DNA of 64,000 bases, taken from the NCBI GenBank assembly GCA_963827655.1, contig CAWHCF010000009.1, forward strand, positions 1 through 64,000. The letters are read 5' to 3'. Both the position numbers and the translations under genes were made by a program. The notes below the pieces were generated by a model. The model searched no databases, had not been told where the DNA came from, and saw nothing but the letters and a program-made list of their open reading frames with translations. Source of the stretch: an uncultured Acidobacteriota bacterium. GTDB taxonomy: Bacteria > Acidobacteriota > UBA6911. How positions within the stretch are numbered: the first letter of the stretch is position 1; every line of letters starts with the position of its first letter. This document shows positions 12,439 to 22,288 of this stretch, one piece after another.

Positions 12439-13122
12439 ATGTTCGAATCCGGCGAACTTTGGCGTCCAATATGGTTGACGCTGCTGCTGGCGTCGATCAC
12501 TACGATTCTACTTCTCATCGTGGGAACGCCAATCGCGTGGTGGCTGGCGCGATCCCGAGCGCGTTGGAAAGAGGCCGTCGCGGCCATCGTTGCCCTCCCG
12601 CTCGTGTTGCCGCCCACGGTTCTGGGATTTTATCTTCTCCTTGCGCTGGGACCCAGCGGACCTGGCGGGTGGATTGCGCGCCTCTTTGGTGGACGGTCGC
12701 TTGCGTTCACGTTCGAGGGCCTCGTGATCGGTTCCGTACTCTATTCGATGCCGTTCGTCGTCCAGCCGATTCGCAATGCCTTCGAGGCCATGGGCGAACG
12801 CCCTCTTGAAGTCGCCGCGACCTTGCGCGCCCGCCCCTGGGATACGTTCTGGACGGTCGCCATCCCTCTCGCTCGTCCCGGCTTCATGACTGGAGCCGTG
12901 CTGGGATTTGCGCACACGGTCGGAGAATTCGGAGTGGTTCTGATGATCGGCGGGAGCATACCCGGCGAGACAAAAGTGCTCTCGACCGCCATTTACGATT
13001 ACGTGGAATCCTTGCAGTGGGGGCAGGCGCACGTCCTGGCGGGAGGCATGCTCGTCTTCTCCTTCGCGGTTATCCTCTCCATGATGCTGCTCGAGAATCG
13101 GACGCGACGGCGCCGGATATGA
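12439..13122 (+). CDS. modB: Molybdate ABC transporter permease
   Basis: [33 protein letters not shown]; GGAGGG RBS upstream. Confidence 0.95.
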   Translation: MFESGELWRPIWLTLLLASITTILLLIVGTPIAWWLARSRARWKEAVAAIVALPLVLPPTVLGFYLLLALGPSGPGGWIARLFGGRSLAFTFEGLVIGSVLYSMPFVVQPIRNAFEAMGERPLEVAATLRARPWDTFWTVAIPLARPGFMTGAVLGFAHTVGEFGVVLMIGGSIPGETKVLSTAIYDYVESLQWGQAHVLAGGMLVFSFAVILSMMLLENRTRRRRI

Positions 13123-14300
13123 AGCGTCAAGACTCCGTGATCAGCGTGAGGTTCAGAGGCGTCCTGGGCAAGTTCGAACCGGATGTCGGATTCGAAGTTC
13201 CAATGCATGGAATCACCGCTCTCTTTGGGCCCTCGGGTTCGGGCAAGACGACAGTCCTTCGTTGTGTGTCAGGCCTGGCACGTTTGCCGGGCCAGATCGT
13301 GGTCGGAGGCGAAGTGTGGCAGGACGGGAATCTGGTATTTCGCGAACCGTACCGCCGCCCGATCGGATATGTCTTCCAGGAACCGAGTCTCTTCCCCCAT
13401 CTCTCGGTACGGAAGAATCTGGTCTATGGACGCCACCGCGCGCTGAAGGCAGGCGCTCCGGAGGAGATCCGATTTGACGATGTGGTTGGACTGATGGGGA
13501 TCGGGCATCTGCTTGATCGCGCGACAGCGGCATTGTCGGGCGGCGAGCGCCAGCGCGTAGCGATCGGCCGCGCGCTTCTCGCCCAGCCTCGGCTTCTTTT
13601 GATGGACGAGCCCCTTTCCGCCCTCGATCGTAGCAACAAGGAAGAAATTCTTCCTTACTTCGAAGCGCTTCACGAAACACTCGCCCTGCCGATTCTCTAC
13701 GTGAGCCACGACATCTCCGAGGTGGAACGCCTTGCGGATACTCTGGTGCTGCTGGACCAGGGAAAGGTCATTGCGTCCGGGCCGTTGGCCGATGTGCTGG
13801 CCGACGGGCGGTTGCCGATTGCGCGCAGTCCTGAAGCCGCCACGGTCGTGGAAGCCTCGGTCACAGGTTTCGATTCCCAATACGGCTTGACGGAAATGGA
13901 TGTGGACGGCGAAGTCCTTCTAGTTCCTGGACGCGTCGGCGAAAAAGGAAGAATGCGCCGGATCCGGATCGCGGCTGCCGACGTGAGTCTGGCTCCGGAT
14001 CGTCCGTCTCGAACGAGCATTCTCAATATTCTTCCCGCGCGCGTGAAAGATATTCATCTCGTGGACGATGCTCAGGTCAATATCGTCATCGCAATCGGGC
14101 ACCTCGAGACGGGAACTAGATTGCTTGCGCGTATCTCCAGACGTGCCTATGAGACGCTCGGCTTCGTTCCTGGGCAGGATGTCTACGCCCAGGTAAAGGC
14201 CGTATCACTGATCGCGGCGGGACGTTCCTTCACGCCGGAGAACCGCGCGGCGCCAGCGGAATCGGCCGACGCGGAAGACACGGCGCAGCTCCACTCGTAA
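13119..14300 (+). CDS. modC: Molybdate ABC transporter ATPase with C-terminal TOBE domain
   Basis: [44 protein letters not shown]; ATGA overlap with modB. Confidence 0.95.
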   Translation: MKRQDSVISVRFRGVLGKFEPDVGFEVPMHGITALFGPSGSGKTTVLRCVSGLARLPGQIVVGGEVWQDGNLVFREPYRRPIGYVFQEPSLFPHLSVRKNLVYGRHRALKAGAPEEIRFDDVVGLMGIGHLLDRATAALSGGERQRVAIGRALLAQPRLLLMDEPLSALDRSNKEEILPYFEALHETLALPILYVSHDISEVERLADTLVLLDQGKVIASGPLADVLADGRLPIARSPEAATVVEASVTGFDSQYGLTEMDVDGEVLLVPGRVGEKGRMRRIRIAAADVSLAPDRPSRTSILNILPARVKDIHLVDDAQVNIVIAIGHLETGTRLLARISRRAYETLGFVPGQDVYAQVKAVSLIAAGRSFTPENRAAPAESADAEDTAQLHS

Positions 14301-14467
14301 GTCGCAAGGGGGGGTGGCCTGCTCGCGGTCGTTGTCGGAGTGGATGCTCCGTGCGAATCGTTTGCTACCGTCGTGAGGAGCTTCTGCGTTAAGCGAGATC
14401 GGTTAAGCTTCACCGTGGGTATCAGAGCAGGTCGGAAGTTAAATCCTTCACCTAAAGGAGGTGGCCG

Positions 14468-14677
14468 TTGGGAATTAGCGCGAGAAATCAACTCAAGGGA
14501 AAGATCTCGGACGTACTGCTGGGAGATGTCATGGCGCACATCACTGTGCGGGTCGGACAAAATCTGATCGAATCTGTTATCACGCGTCGAAGCGCTGATG
14601 AGATGAAGCTGAAAAAAGGCGATGCCGTCACGGTGACCGTTAAGGCCACCGAAGTGATGATCGCCAAACCCGAATAA
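14468..14677 (+). CDS. Mop/TOBE molybdate-binding protein
   Basis: ISARNQLKGKI..ESVITRRSADEMKLKKGD..VKATEVMI; AAGGAGG RBS. Confidence 0.92.
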   Translation: MGISARNQLKGKISDVLLGDVMAHITVRVGQNLIESVITRRSADEMKLKKGDAVTVTVKATEVMIAKPE

Positions 14678-14965
14678 CCAGTCCACAACGCGGCGAGGAT
14701 GGTCTGCGCTCAGCGCTTCGGCGACGACGACATCGAACGGAGCGCGAGCGGGCGAACGAGACCATCGGTCGGCTTGCGGCAAGCGCCTGGACCCGCGCGA
14801 CGAAGCCCTCGCCCGCAAGGGAATCCGTGCGGGCTCTGGGTGGATCAACCGCACAACGTCTTCGATTCCGTTCTGACCTGTTGGCAGGTACGAGCAGTCC
14901 GGCTGGTTTGAAGGAGGTGACGAAGGTCTTCACAACTACTTTGGTGAGGGCGCTGTGCAAGCTGT

Positions 14966-15517
14966 TCACGCCCGGACGAATTCAACGAATCCGCGCAGGA
15001 ACTGTTCCAGTTGCTTCTTGACAGCCTCATCCATGATCTTGCCCTGTGCATCGAAAACAGTTTGTGCGCGTGATACTAGAAGACGTCCCCCAAACCAGGG
15101 CTTGGTTCCAAGCGTACGCAAAACGGGGAGCCACGCAATCTGACTCAAACTCGTTCCAGAATTTCCCGGACTGGCCCCCATGACGGCGACCGGTTTTCCT
15201 CCAAAAACGGTCTTGATGTCGGACGTAGGTCGGGAAAGCCAATCCACCGCGTTTTTCAAAACACCCGGTATTGAGTTGTTATATTCCGGCGTCGCGAGAA
15301 GCAAACCGTCGGCCTCGGCAATCGCTTTCTTTAATTCTGCAACGGGTCCGGGAATGCCTTCGGCAGCTTCCACGTCCCCGTTGTACAAAGGAATGCCTTC
15401 GATACTTTCAATTCTCAGTTCTGCGCTGTTCGGCATCAACTCTAGTGCCGCTCGAAGCAGAGCCGTATTGAACGAGCCACGTCGCAGACTCCCGGAGATT
15501 CCTATTATTCTCGACAC
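14966..15517 (-). CDS. NADPH-dependent FMN reductase
   Basis: GISGSLRRGSFNTALL, TPEYNNSIPGVLKNAVDWLSR. Confidence 0.92.
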   Translation of the reverse strand: MSRIIGISGSLRRGSFNTALLRAALELMPNSAELRIESIEGIPLYNGDVEAAEGIPGPVAELKKAIAEADGLLLATPEYNNSIPGVLKNAVDWLSRPTSDIKTVFGGKPVAVMGASPGNSGTSLSQIAWLPVLRTLGTKPWFGGRLLVSRAQTVFDAQGKIMDEAVKKQLEQFLRGFVEFVRA

Positions 15518-15624
15518 GATATTGTTCCTTTCAGGCAGCAGAGCATCTTTGTTGACCAGGGGCCAGGGGTTCTTCCTCGACTATCAATTTGAATTAATTC
15601 ACTGGCAGCCTCACCAGGACCTGA

Positions 15625-17535
15625 TCACGCCATTTCCGACCCGAGGCAAGAACGGACCGCGCGAAGGCCGCCGATGGCAAAGATGAGCGGATAAAGCTTC
15701 TCGAAGTACCACAGCTTCGCGAAATAGAGACCGATCGGCGCGGCGGGAAACGAGCGCCCGTAATCGGTCGCCGCCGCCAGCCAGTTCACTGCGCGTAGCG
15801 CCGAAGGTCGTATGCGCTCCGCACTTGACGCTTCGCATATCGAGGCAAGGGCTTGCAGCGCGAGGGAAGTCTCCTCAATAGACGAGGGGGCGCCGCGCGC
15901 TCCGCCCCATCCTCCGTCGGAATTCTGGGCCGAAAGCAGCCACTGTTCCGCCCGGCTGGTCAACCCTTTCGTCTGGTATCCCTGGCGCTCCAGTTGCCGA
16001 AGGGCAATCATCACACGGGCGGTCCCGTAGGTCGGGTTCTCCTCGGCTTCCGAGTGCTGGTTGCCGAACCACAGCGGAACCCAGGCTCCATCGGCGCCCT
16101 GCGCCTTCTCGAGATAACGAATTCCGCGCGCGATGGCCGCCCCGACTTGCCGCGCCAGCGCATCCGGCAGGTCACCGCTCCAGAGCGACCACGCAAGCAA
16201 GGCGTGCGCCGTGAGATCCGGACTGCTGCGGTCGAATGGAAGATGGCCCCAGCCGCGGCAGAAGGTCGGCATCCCTCCATCCCGGTTTTGCAGCTCGAGC
16301 AGCCAGCGAACGCCGTTTCCGGCCGAGGCGCGCACCGACTCATCCGCAGTTCCCAGGTTTCGAAGGGCCACCAGAGCCCCGGCCGTGTCATCCGCATCAG
16401 GCACACCTCCGGGCAGATTGGTCCAGGCCCAGCCTCCCGGCGGAGCCCCGGTATAAGGATGTGGGCGGCAATACTGTTGGCCGAGCAGCCAATGCCGCAA
16501 TCGCCCGCGCTCATCGGGTTCAAGAGCCTGAGGTTCAAGTGCCGGGGCTGAGCTCAAGACATTGATGGCCAGCGTCGTCACCCAGGTCGAAAGATTCGTG
16601 TCGATCGGCCAACTGCCGTCGGGGCGCGCCGAGCGGCGAAGGAACTCGACGCCTTTCCGGACGACCGGATGATCGCGACGCCCGGATGCAACCAGGCTCA
16701 TGACGACGAAGCTGGTTAACGGTACCGCTTCCAGGAACCCGCCGCCTTCGGGTTGGATGCTCGTGAGGACTTTCAGCGTGCGCTCGCGCGCAAGCCGGCG
16801 CAGGACCCGAGCCAGTGGATTGCGCGTCGGCCGGTGATCGTGACGAGCCTGGCCGATGGCGATGAGCGCGGGGAGTGCATAGCTCACGACCGGGAGTCGC
16901 AGCCAGCGAAAAAAGCCCTGGGGGAATGCCGCCAGCTCAAACGGAAGTTGCGGGACTCGCCGCCAGCCGTCCCTCGGAGGTCCCAGGCGGCCTGCGAGGG
17001 CCAGTACCATCAAGATCGGGACGGAAAAGGTGCGGTCCTTCCCGTATCGGCGGGCGATTGCTCGCGCCAGCGTTTCCGGTGTAAGGCTCCCGGTCACGGC
17101 CGTCAACCAGCTCTCGGCAGACTGAAGGACAGTGGCACAACGATCGTCATTTCCCGCCGCCAACCCCAGGGCAGACCAGCAGAGGGCCGTGGTGCTGATG
17201 TTGCTGACGCTGCGGATCGTATCGCCCCACCCCCCGTCGAGGTTCTGTGTCCGCGCAAGCCATTCGAGTCCGTCGCGGACGTGGTGCTCATGGCATGCAG
17301 ATCCCGGGGTAACGGCGCGACTGTCATCCAGGCTCAAAGCGATCACGGCCGTCGCCGTGGAAAGAGGACTGCTCGCCAGCTCGCCTTCCCAGTATCCCTG
17401 AGGATTGCGGCTCTCGAGCAGTCGCTGGATGAGATTGTGCAGTGTCGCGTCGAGGGCGGACGATTGCAGGTCCGGAGTTCGAAGGGGAGCCGCGCTTCGC
17501 GGATTGGGTTCTCGATCGTCGTCGAACATCGGCAT
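15625..17535 (-). CDS. Squalene-hopene-cyclase-like class II terpene cyclase
   Basis: QW-type repeats (QNLDGGWG, QNRDGG, QNSDGGWG), GGWAW..GGVPDADDTAG containing the DxDD motif, 636 aa. Confidence 0.85.
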   Translation of the reverse strand: MPMFDDDREPNPRSAAPLRTPDLQSSALDATLHNLIQRLLESRNPQGYWEGELASSPLSTATAVIALSLDDSRAVTPGSACHEHHVRDGLEWLARTQNLDGGWGDTIRSVSNISTTALCWSALGLAAGNDDRCATVLQSAESWLTAVTGSLTPETLARAIARRYGKDRTFSVPILMVLALAGRLGPPRDGWRRVPQLPFELAAFPQGFFRWLRLPVVSYALPALIAIGQARHDHRPTRNPLARVLRRLARERTLKVLTSIQPEGGGFLEAVPLTSFVVMSLVASGRRDHPVVRKGVEFLRRSARPDGSWPIDTNLSTWVTTLAINVLSSAPALEPQALEPDERGRLRHWLLGQQYCRPHPYTGAPPGGWAWTNLPGGVPDADDTAGALVALRNLGTADESVRASAGNGVRWLLELQNRDGGMPTFCRGWGHLPFDRSSPDLTAHALLAWSLWSGDLPDALARQVGAAIARGIRYLEKAQGADGAWVPLWFGNQHSEAEENPTYGTARVMIALRQLERQGYQTKGLTSRAEQWLLSAQNSDGGWGGARGAPSSIEETSLALQALASICEASSAERIRPSALRAVNWLAAATDYGRSFPAAPIGLYFAKLWYFEKLYPLIFAIGGLRAVRSCLGSEMA

Positions 17536-17611
17536 GTGCGTTTCGATCTGCGTGACGATTTAGCAATGGCGCGCCTGGAGCGCGGGCCCGGCACGGCTCA
17601 TGAAGATCGGT

Positions 17612-18496
17612 TCACAGGGTCAGATGACCGAGCGAAAGCAGCGCGTAGTAGGTGTATTCGCAATCGAGAATGTCGTCCTGCCAATTGCCGTAGAACCCGC
17701 CCCGGTTGGTCCAGAGTGTGTCGATGAAGTCGAGGCACGACTCCTTGAACTCCTCAAACGAGACTTGCATGCCCGCCAGAGCATGCAGTGCCGTCGCGGT
17801 CGAAAGCAGGTCCGGTATGGGTGCGACAGGAGAGGCAAAGAAGCCGCCTCCCGGATGGCGGCGGGAGAGCAGCCACTGCTCGAGTCCCGGCCCCGGGGTT
17901 TGTCCCAGATGTCGCAGAAGCATGACTGCGGCGGCCGTGGAAGGGGTCAGCCCGAAAGCCTGCTCACTCTGATTGGCGAAACCGCCATCTGCAGCTTCCA
18001 TTCCCCGGAGGCACGCAATCATGCGGGCCGGATCGGGCATCTCCAGACCCAGGTCCTGATATGCGCCCAGTGCCAGGAAGCAGCCATAGACGCTGCCGTG
18101 CTCTGCGTCGGGGTCTGCGTGGTAACCTCCCTCACCGGTGCGGTGGCTTTCGAGTCGATCGCGGATCTGTTGTTTCGGCGCATCTTCCCGCAGGCCGCGC
18201 GGCAGATCCGCCCAGGCGCGCGCCAGACAGGTGAGATGAACAAAGTCGAGCGTGGATCCATCGCCGAACGTGCGGAGATACGCGGCCACTTCCCGGGACG
18301 GAAGGTCGTAGCCTAGTGCGATGAGACTTTCCAATCCGAAGACCGTGTAGTAGAGATCGCTTTCCCCGGCGCGGCCGCTGAAACCGCCATCCGCGCTCAG
18401 CTGGCCCAGAATGAACCCGGTCACGAGCTCGCGCGCGTCACCGAGCGCCTTCGGCGCGAGCCGCGCGACCTGCAGCATTTCTAGCCTCAAACTCAC
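17612..18496 (-). CDS. Prenyltransferase/squalene-oxidase-repeat protein (single barrel, no DxDD)
   Basis: Repeats ADGGFSG..DLYYT, DGGFAN, GGGFF..PDLLST, GGFYG..DCEYTYY. Confidence 0.8.
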   Translation of the reverse strand: MSLRLEMLQVARLAPKALGDARELVTGFILGQLSADGGFSGRAGESDLYYTVFGLESLIALGYDLPSREVAAYLRTFGDGSTLDFVHLTCLARAWADLPRGLREDAPKQQIRDRLESHRTGEGGYHADPDAEHGSVYGCFLALGAYQDLGLEMPDPARMIACLRGMEAADGGFANQSEQAFGLTPSTAAAVMLLRHLGQTPGPGLEQWLLSRRHPGGGFFASPVAPIPDLLSTATALHALAGMQVSFEEFKESCLDFIDTLWTNRGGFYGNWQDDILDCEYTYYALLSLGHLTL

Positions 18497-20162
18497 TGCA
18501 CCAGCCTTTGATCTCCATGCTGAAAATCTTGCCGACCACCCGGCGCAGCAAACCCTTCAGACTCGGATTCTTGAGCTGCACGAGCGAGCGTACCGCCTGT
18601 TCCTTGTAGGATTCCATGAGCCCGCGGGCCCGCTCTTCCACGCCCAGTTCCGTGATCAGCGCGCGGAGGCGCCCATCCTCGGCCGCCAGGGCGGGGTCGC
18701 GCCGCCAGGCCCGTTCGACCAGCATCCGGTTTTCCCCTTTGGTCCGTTCGTAGGCCAGGGCCAGCGGAAGAGTGGGACGAAAAGCCGTGAGATCGCCGGG
18801 AGCCTGATTGGTCTCCAGGTCGTCCAGATCGTCGCGGATCTGATACGCAATTCCGAGCGCCTCGCTGTACTGGGAGAGCACGCCAAGGATTTCGTCTCCA
18901 GCGCCCGCATAGGCCGCGCCTAGCTGCAGAGCGACTTCGAATGCCGGCGAGGTTTTCTGGCGGAAAAGCTCGAAGACTTGTCCCGGGTTCAATGGATGCG
19001 GAGCCTGCGCCCAACAAAGTTCTGCCCCCTGACCTTGACAGAGGGAGCGGTGTCCCGTCGCCGCGATGCGGACCATGCGGGCACGTATCTCGGCCGCCAC
19101 ATCGCTCGAGGCGAGCAGCCGGTATCCTTCCCCCAGCAGCAGGTCGCCCACGTTCAGCGCCACAGGAATACCATGTTCGGCGTGCAGAGTCTTCACGCCA
19201 TAGCGAAAGTCGTCGCCGTCCTCAATATCGTCGTGGATCAGCGAAGCCTTGTGGAAGCATTCAACCGCGATGGACAGCCGGCGAATGTCCTCGGGCAAGG
19301 GGGCGTCTGTGTCTTCCTGGAGCGCTTTGAAGGCGCAGATGGACAAGAACGGGCGCCACCGTTTGCCGGCTCGGGCGAGCCATTCGCGGGCAATCTCTTC
19401 CGTCTTCCCCTGCGCCGGAGCGCCGAATACCTGATCCAACGCCGGTGGCTCGAACCAGGATTGGACTTCGGCCCTCAGGGCGCCCAGGTCCAGGCGGCGA
19501 GTCCTGTCGTCGCTGGTCAAATGGATCACGTCCCAGACCCAGTCAAGATCCACCGTCGTATCCCGGCAATCGTCCTGCAGCAGAGGTATGGCAATTCCCG
19601 GGATCGCGGCCGCTTCCATATAGGGAAAAGCGCGCTCGAGCACAGAAAGGCAACTCACTCCGACGATGGCATCGATCTTTCCGGTCTGAATCAGGGCCAT
19701 GACGATGGCTGAGCCTTCAGCCACCAGGACCGCATAACCGAGTCGCTCGGCCTCCTCCTGGAGATCCTGGATTGAGCATAACCCGCACTGCTTGCAGAGC
19801 AGCCCGAACTCATCAAACGGCGCAGGGCATTTTTCTTCGACTCTCAGGCACTTGGGAAGGAGAAGAAGCCGGCGCTCGAATGGAACCGGAGCGAGGTGTT
19901 CCCGCCAGGCTTCGTTGCTTAGCACGACGGCCAGGTAATCACGGTACTTCGGATCGAGGTTGAGCCGATGGCAGAGTTCCTCCGAATGGTTGCGAAGTTC
20001 CTCCAGCGAGAGCGGAGGAACCGGGCGGACTTGTTCGACATACCCGATCACGGCCTCCTTGACCCGGTCGCGCTCACCGCGTGTCTGTGGGATGTTTGCC
20101 TGCGGTGTGCGGTAAGTCTGAACCGGAACCGGTCGTGGGATATTCAAAATTGGAATCTGCAT
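18438..20162 (-). CDS. Polyprenyl diphosphate synthase with N-terminal Cys-rich DUF116-like domain
   Basis: GKRWRP, FARM ASLIHDDIEDGD..R, GQGAEL, KT, SARM YQIRDDLDD; N-terminal LLLPKCLR..CPA..CKQCGLC..GVSC..DDC; GAGGAG RBS before ATG 20162. Confidence 0.9.
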   Translation of the reverse strand: MQIPILNIPRPVPVQTYRTPQANIPQTRGERDRVKEAVIGYVEQVRPVPPLSLEELRNHSEELCHRLNLDPKYRDYLAVVLSNEAWREHLAPVPFERRLLLLPKCLRVEEKCPAPFDEFGLLCKQCGLCSIQDLQEEAERLGYAVLVAEGSAIVMALIQTGKIDAIVGVSCLSVLERAFPYMEAAAIPGIAIPLLQDDCRDTTVDLDWVWDVIHLTSDDRTRRLDLGALRAEVQSWFEPPALDQVFGAPAQGKTEEIAREWLARAGKRWRPFLSICAFKALQEDTDAPLPEDIRRLSIAVECFHKASLIHDDIEDGDDFRYGVKTLHAEHGIPVALNVGDLLLGEGYRLLASSDVAAEIRARMVRIAATGHRSLCQGQGAELCWAQAPHPLNPGQVFELFRQKTSPAFEVALQLGAAYAGAGDEILGVLSQYSEALGIAYQIRDDLDDLETNQAPGDLTAFRPTLPLALAYERTKGENRMLVERAWRRDPALAAEDGRLRALITELGVEERARGLMESYKEQAVRSLVQLKNPSLKGLLRRVVGKIFSMEIKGWCSEFEARNAAGRAARAEGAR

Positions 20163-20193
20163 GCGCTCCTCGCCTGAGAGTGCGTCCGCTTCC

Positions 20194-21387
20194 TTAGGTA
20201 TACGCGCCGAAACCAAAGAACCAGTGCTTCTTGGCAAATCGATAGGCCCAGTGCTCCTCGGGTACTTCATTTCCGGGATTATGCTGACTGTTTCGCCCGG
20301 TCAGCCCGCCCAGCTCGACCAGAGCAGTTCCTCTCTGGGTGGTATCCCGGGCGCCATGCCGGAGGACGAGGTCCTGCACCAGGTCGGGGCGCTCCAGAAC
20401 GATACAGCCGCGCGTCGCGCCTGCCGCAGTCTCGCGGAATTCGCGCAGGAACGAAGATCCGTTCATGGTCTCGAAAAGGCCTCGGCCATCATGGATCGTC
20501 TCCTTGGCGAACTGGATGATCGGGCAGGGCTCGATATCCCCGTAGGGACTGATGTGGTGGCTGACTCCCGTCGCCATCGGGCAGAGCGCCTGGCCCTGAT
20601 CGTCCCAATAGGCATCGACGATGGCGATCGGCAGCCGGGCCCGCATGCGCACGATAAACCGGCGCACCTGGAGCACCTGTTCCGGAGTGAGCGCGAGCTC
20701 CGGAGACGCTTTGGGACCGATCACACGGTAGGTGTGGAACCAGACGTAGTGAACGCCGAGTCCGACCAGCCGGCGAAGCCAGGCCTCCGAGACCAGGTCG
20801 TCGATGTTGGTCCGGCAGACGCTGGTTGCGACCCCGGTGATCAGGCGGTTGCGCCGGCAATTCTCCAGGCCGGCCAGAGTCCGATCGAGCACCTGCGCGC
20901 GGCCGCGGCGCTCGTCGCTCACCGCGGCAGTCCCCTCGATGCTGACCAACGGACTGGCATTCCCGACGCGGCGCAATTCGCGCGCGACTTCGTCGCTGAT
21001 CAGCTGGCCGTTCGTGAAAATCTGAAAGTAGCAGTCCGGGTGCGCCTCCAGAATCCGGAAAAGCTCGGGATGCAGGAAGGGTTCGCCGCCGAGAATGCCG
21101 AAGTAGCTGTTGCCATGTCGCTTCGCATCGTTGAGCAGGCGGTTCATGTCGTCGAGCGAAATGAACTGCCGCGGCGCCTCCACGTCCACCCAGCACCCCT
21201 GGCAGCGGAGCTGGCAGCTATTGATGATCGAGATGAAGAGAAAAGGGGGAAAGTGCTCGCCGCGGCGCAAGCGCTTCTTGTAGAGCTGGACCGAACGCAT
21301 CCCTTTGTAGCCGAAGTTATAGGCAAACTTCCACACCAGCCGTCTGTCCGGTTCGGTCATCATGCGGCGCGCGAAGCTGAGCATCAT
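20194..21387 (-). CDS. Radical SAM protein with C-terminal SPASM/twitch-like Cys
   Basis: SCQLRCQGC (CxxxCxxC), GGEPF, FTNG, CPMA..HISPYGDIEPCP..GC. Confidence 0.92.
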   Translation of the reverse strand: MMLSFARRMMTEPDRRLVWKFAYNFGYKGMRSVQLYKKRLRRGEHFPPFLFISIINSCQLRCQGCWVDVEAPRQFISLDDMNRLLNDAKRHGNSYFGILGGEPFLHPELFRILEAHPDCYFQIFTNGQLISDEVARELRRVGNASPLVSIEGTAAVSDERRGRAQVLDRTLAGLENCRRNRLITGVATSVCRTNIDDLVSEAWLRRLVGLGVHYVWFHTYRVIGPKASPELALTPEQVLQVRRFIVRMRARLPIAIVDAYWDDQGQALCPMATGVSHHISPYGDIEPCPIIQFAKETIHDGRGLFETMNGSSFLREFRETAAGATRGCIVLERPDLVQDLVLRHGARDTTQRGTALVELGGLTGRNSQHNPGNEVPEEHWAYRFAKKHWFFGFGAYT

Positions 21388-21418
21388 AGGACGGACCCAC
21401 CCGTTATACTTTGATTCA

Positions 21419-22288
21419 TCATTCCGAAATTCCCTGTCCCGCGTCTGCCAGCGCGGCCTCTGATCTGACCTTCGCGGCTTCCGCCTTCGCTCGGATCTGG
21501 TCGAGAGAAGGGAGCGACGCCAGCACCTCCGGCGGAATATCGAGCTTTTGCTGGAGCTGAATCAGGCATCGCTGCCGCTCCTTCAAAGCGCGCTCCTCAT
21601 CCCGCTCCTTGGAGAACCTGGACTTGGCGCGTGTGCTCCGGTCACGCAGCGCGGCATAGATGTCCCCGCCGAGCAGGGCGGAAATATCGACTTTCATCGC
21701 TTCGCGGCGAACATCTTCGGTATTCACTTCATCGCCGTTGATGGGGCTGTGCCGGTATTTCGGGAACAGGATGGCCACCTCGGGACAGACGCGCGAACAG
21801 GCCGGACAGTCGGTCTTGCAGTTGCTCTGGTTCTGCACGCGGATCTTCCCTTCCGGCGAGACCGCGTACACCTCGAACAAACAGAAGCTCAGGCACTGCA
21901 TGCAATTCGTGCAGCGCGAATAATCGATGACCGGGAACCAAGGTTTCCAGGCACGGGGCTGAGGCGGCTGCGATTCGGTGCGCAACTGCTCCGCGATGGC
22001 GAGGACGTTGTCCGGTCCTAAACCCTCGATGTCATGAAACTGAACCCGAACCGCTCCCCGGTCATCGATTGCGAGCGCAGGATTCTGCTGCAGGAAGCGG
22101 CCCAGCACCAGAAGGGATCCGCCTGCTGCCGGCAGCGCCAGCGATCCGTTCCCGCGAGCGCACGAAACCGGGAAGCCCTTCTCCAGCAGACCCCGGAGAA
22201 TCAGGCCGCGGTCGGCCTGCGGGAGAGGCCGGCTGCCGGTACCCTCATAGAGAATTACCTGCCACGGGGTGCTGGTGGGCCGGGTCAC
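21419..22288 (-). CDS. 2x[4Fe-4S] ferredoxin-domain protein
   Basis: CTNCMQCLSFC and CKTDCPACSRVCP; GTG start overlaps the upstream TGA. Confidence 0.85.
   Translation of the reverse strand: MTRPTSTPWQVILYEGTGSRPLPQADRGLILRGLLEKGFPVSCARGNGSLALPAAGGSLLVLGRFLQQNPALAIDDRGAVRVQFHDIEGLGPDNVLAIAEQLRTESQPPQPRAWKPWFPVIDYSRCTNCMQCLSFCLFEVYAVSPEGKIRVQNQSNCKTDCPACSRVCPEVAILFPKYRHSPINGDEVNTEDVRREAMKVDISALLGGDIYAALRDRSTRAKSRFSKERDEERALKERQRCLIQLQQKLDIPPEVLASLPSLDQIRAKAEAAKVRSEAALADAGQGISE

Noticed and set aside
11521-13122. Apparent 533-aa ModA-ModB fusion
   Set aside because: Removing one base near 12370 restores the canonical ModA tail ([11 protein letters not shown]..stop at 12421), and modB has its own RBS and ATG. 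The window is full of similar indels.
20161-21414. Long antisense ORFs (e.g. 20161-21414 +, 50985-52127 -, 57611-58942 -)
   Set aside because: Shadow frames opposite well-supported genes in GC-rich DNA, with no recognisable motifs
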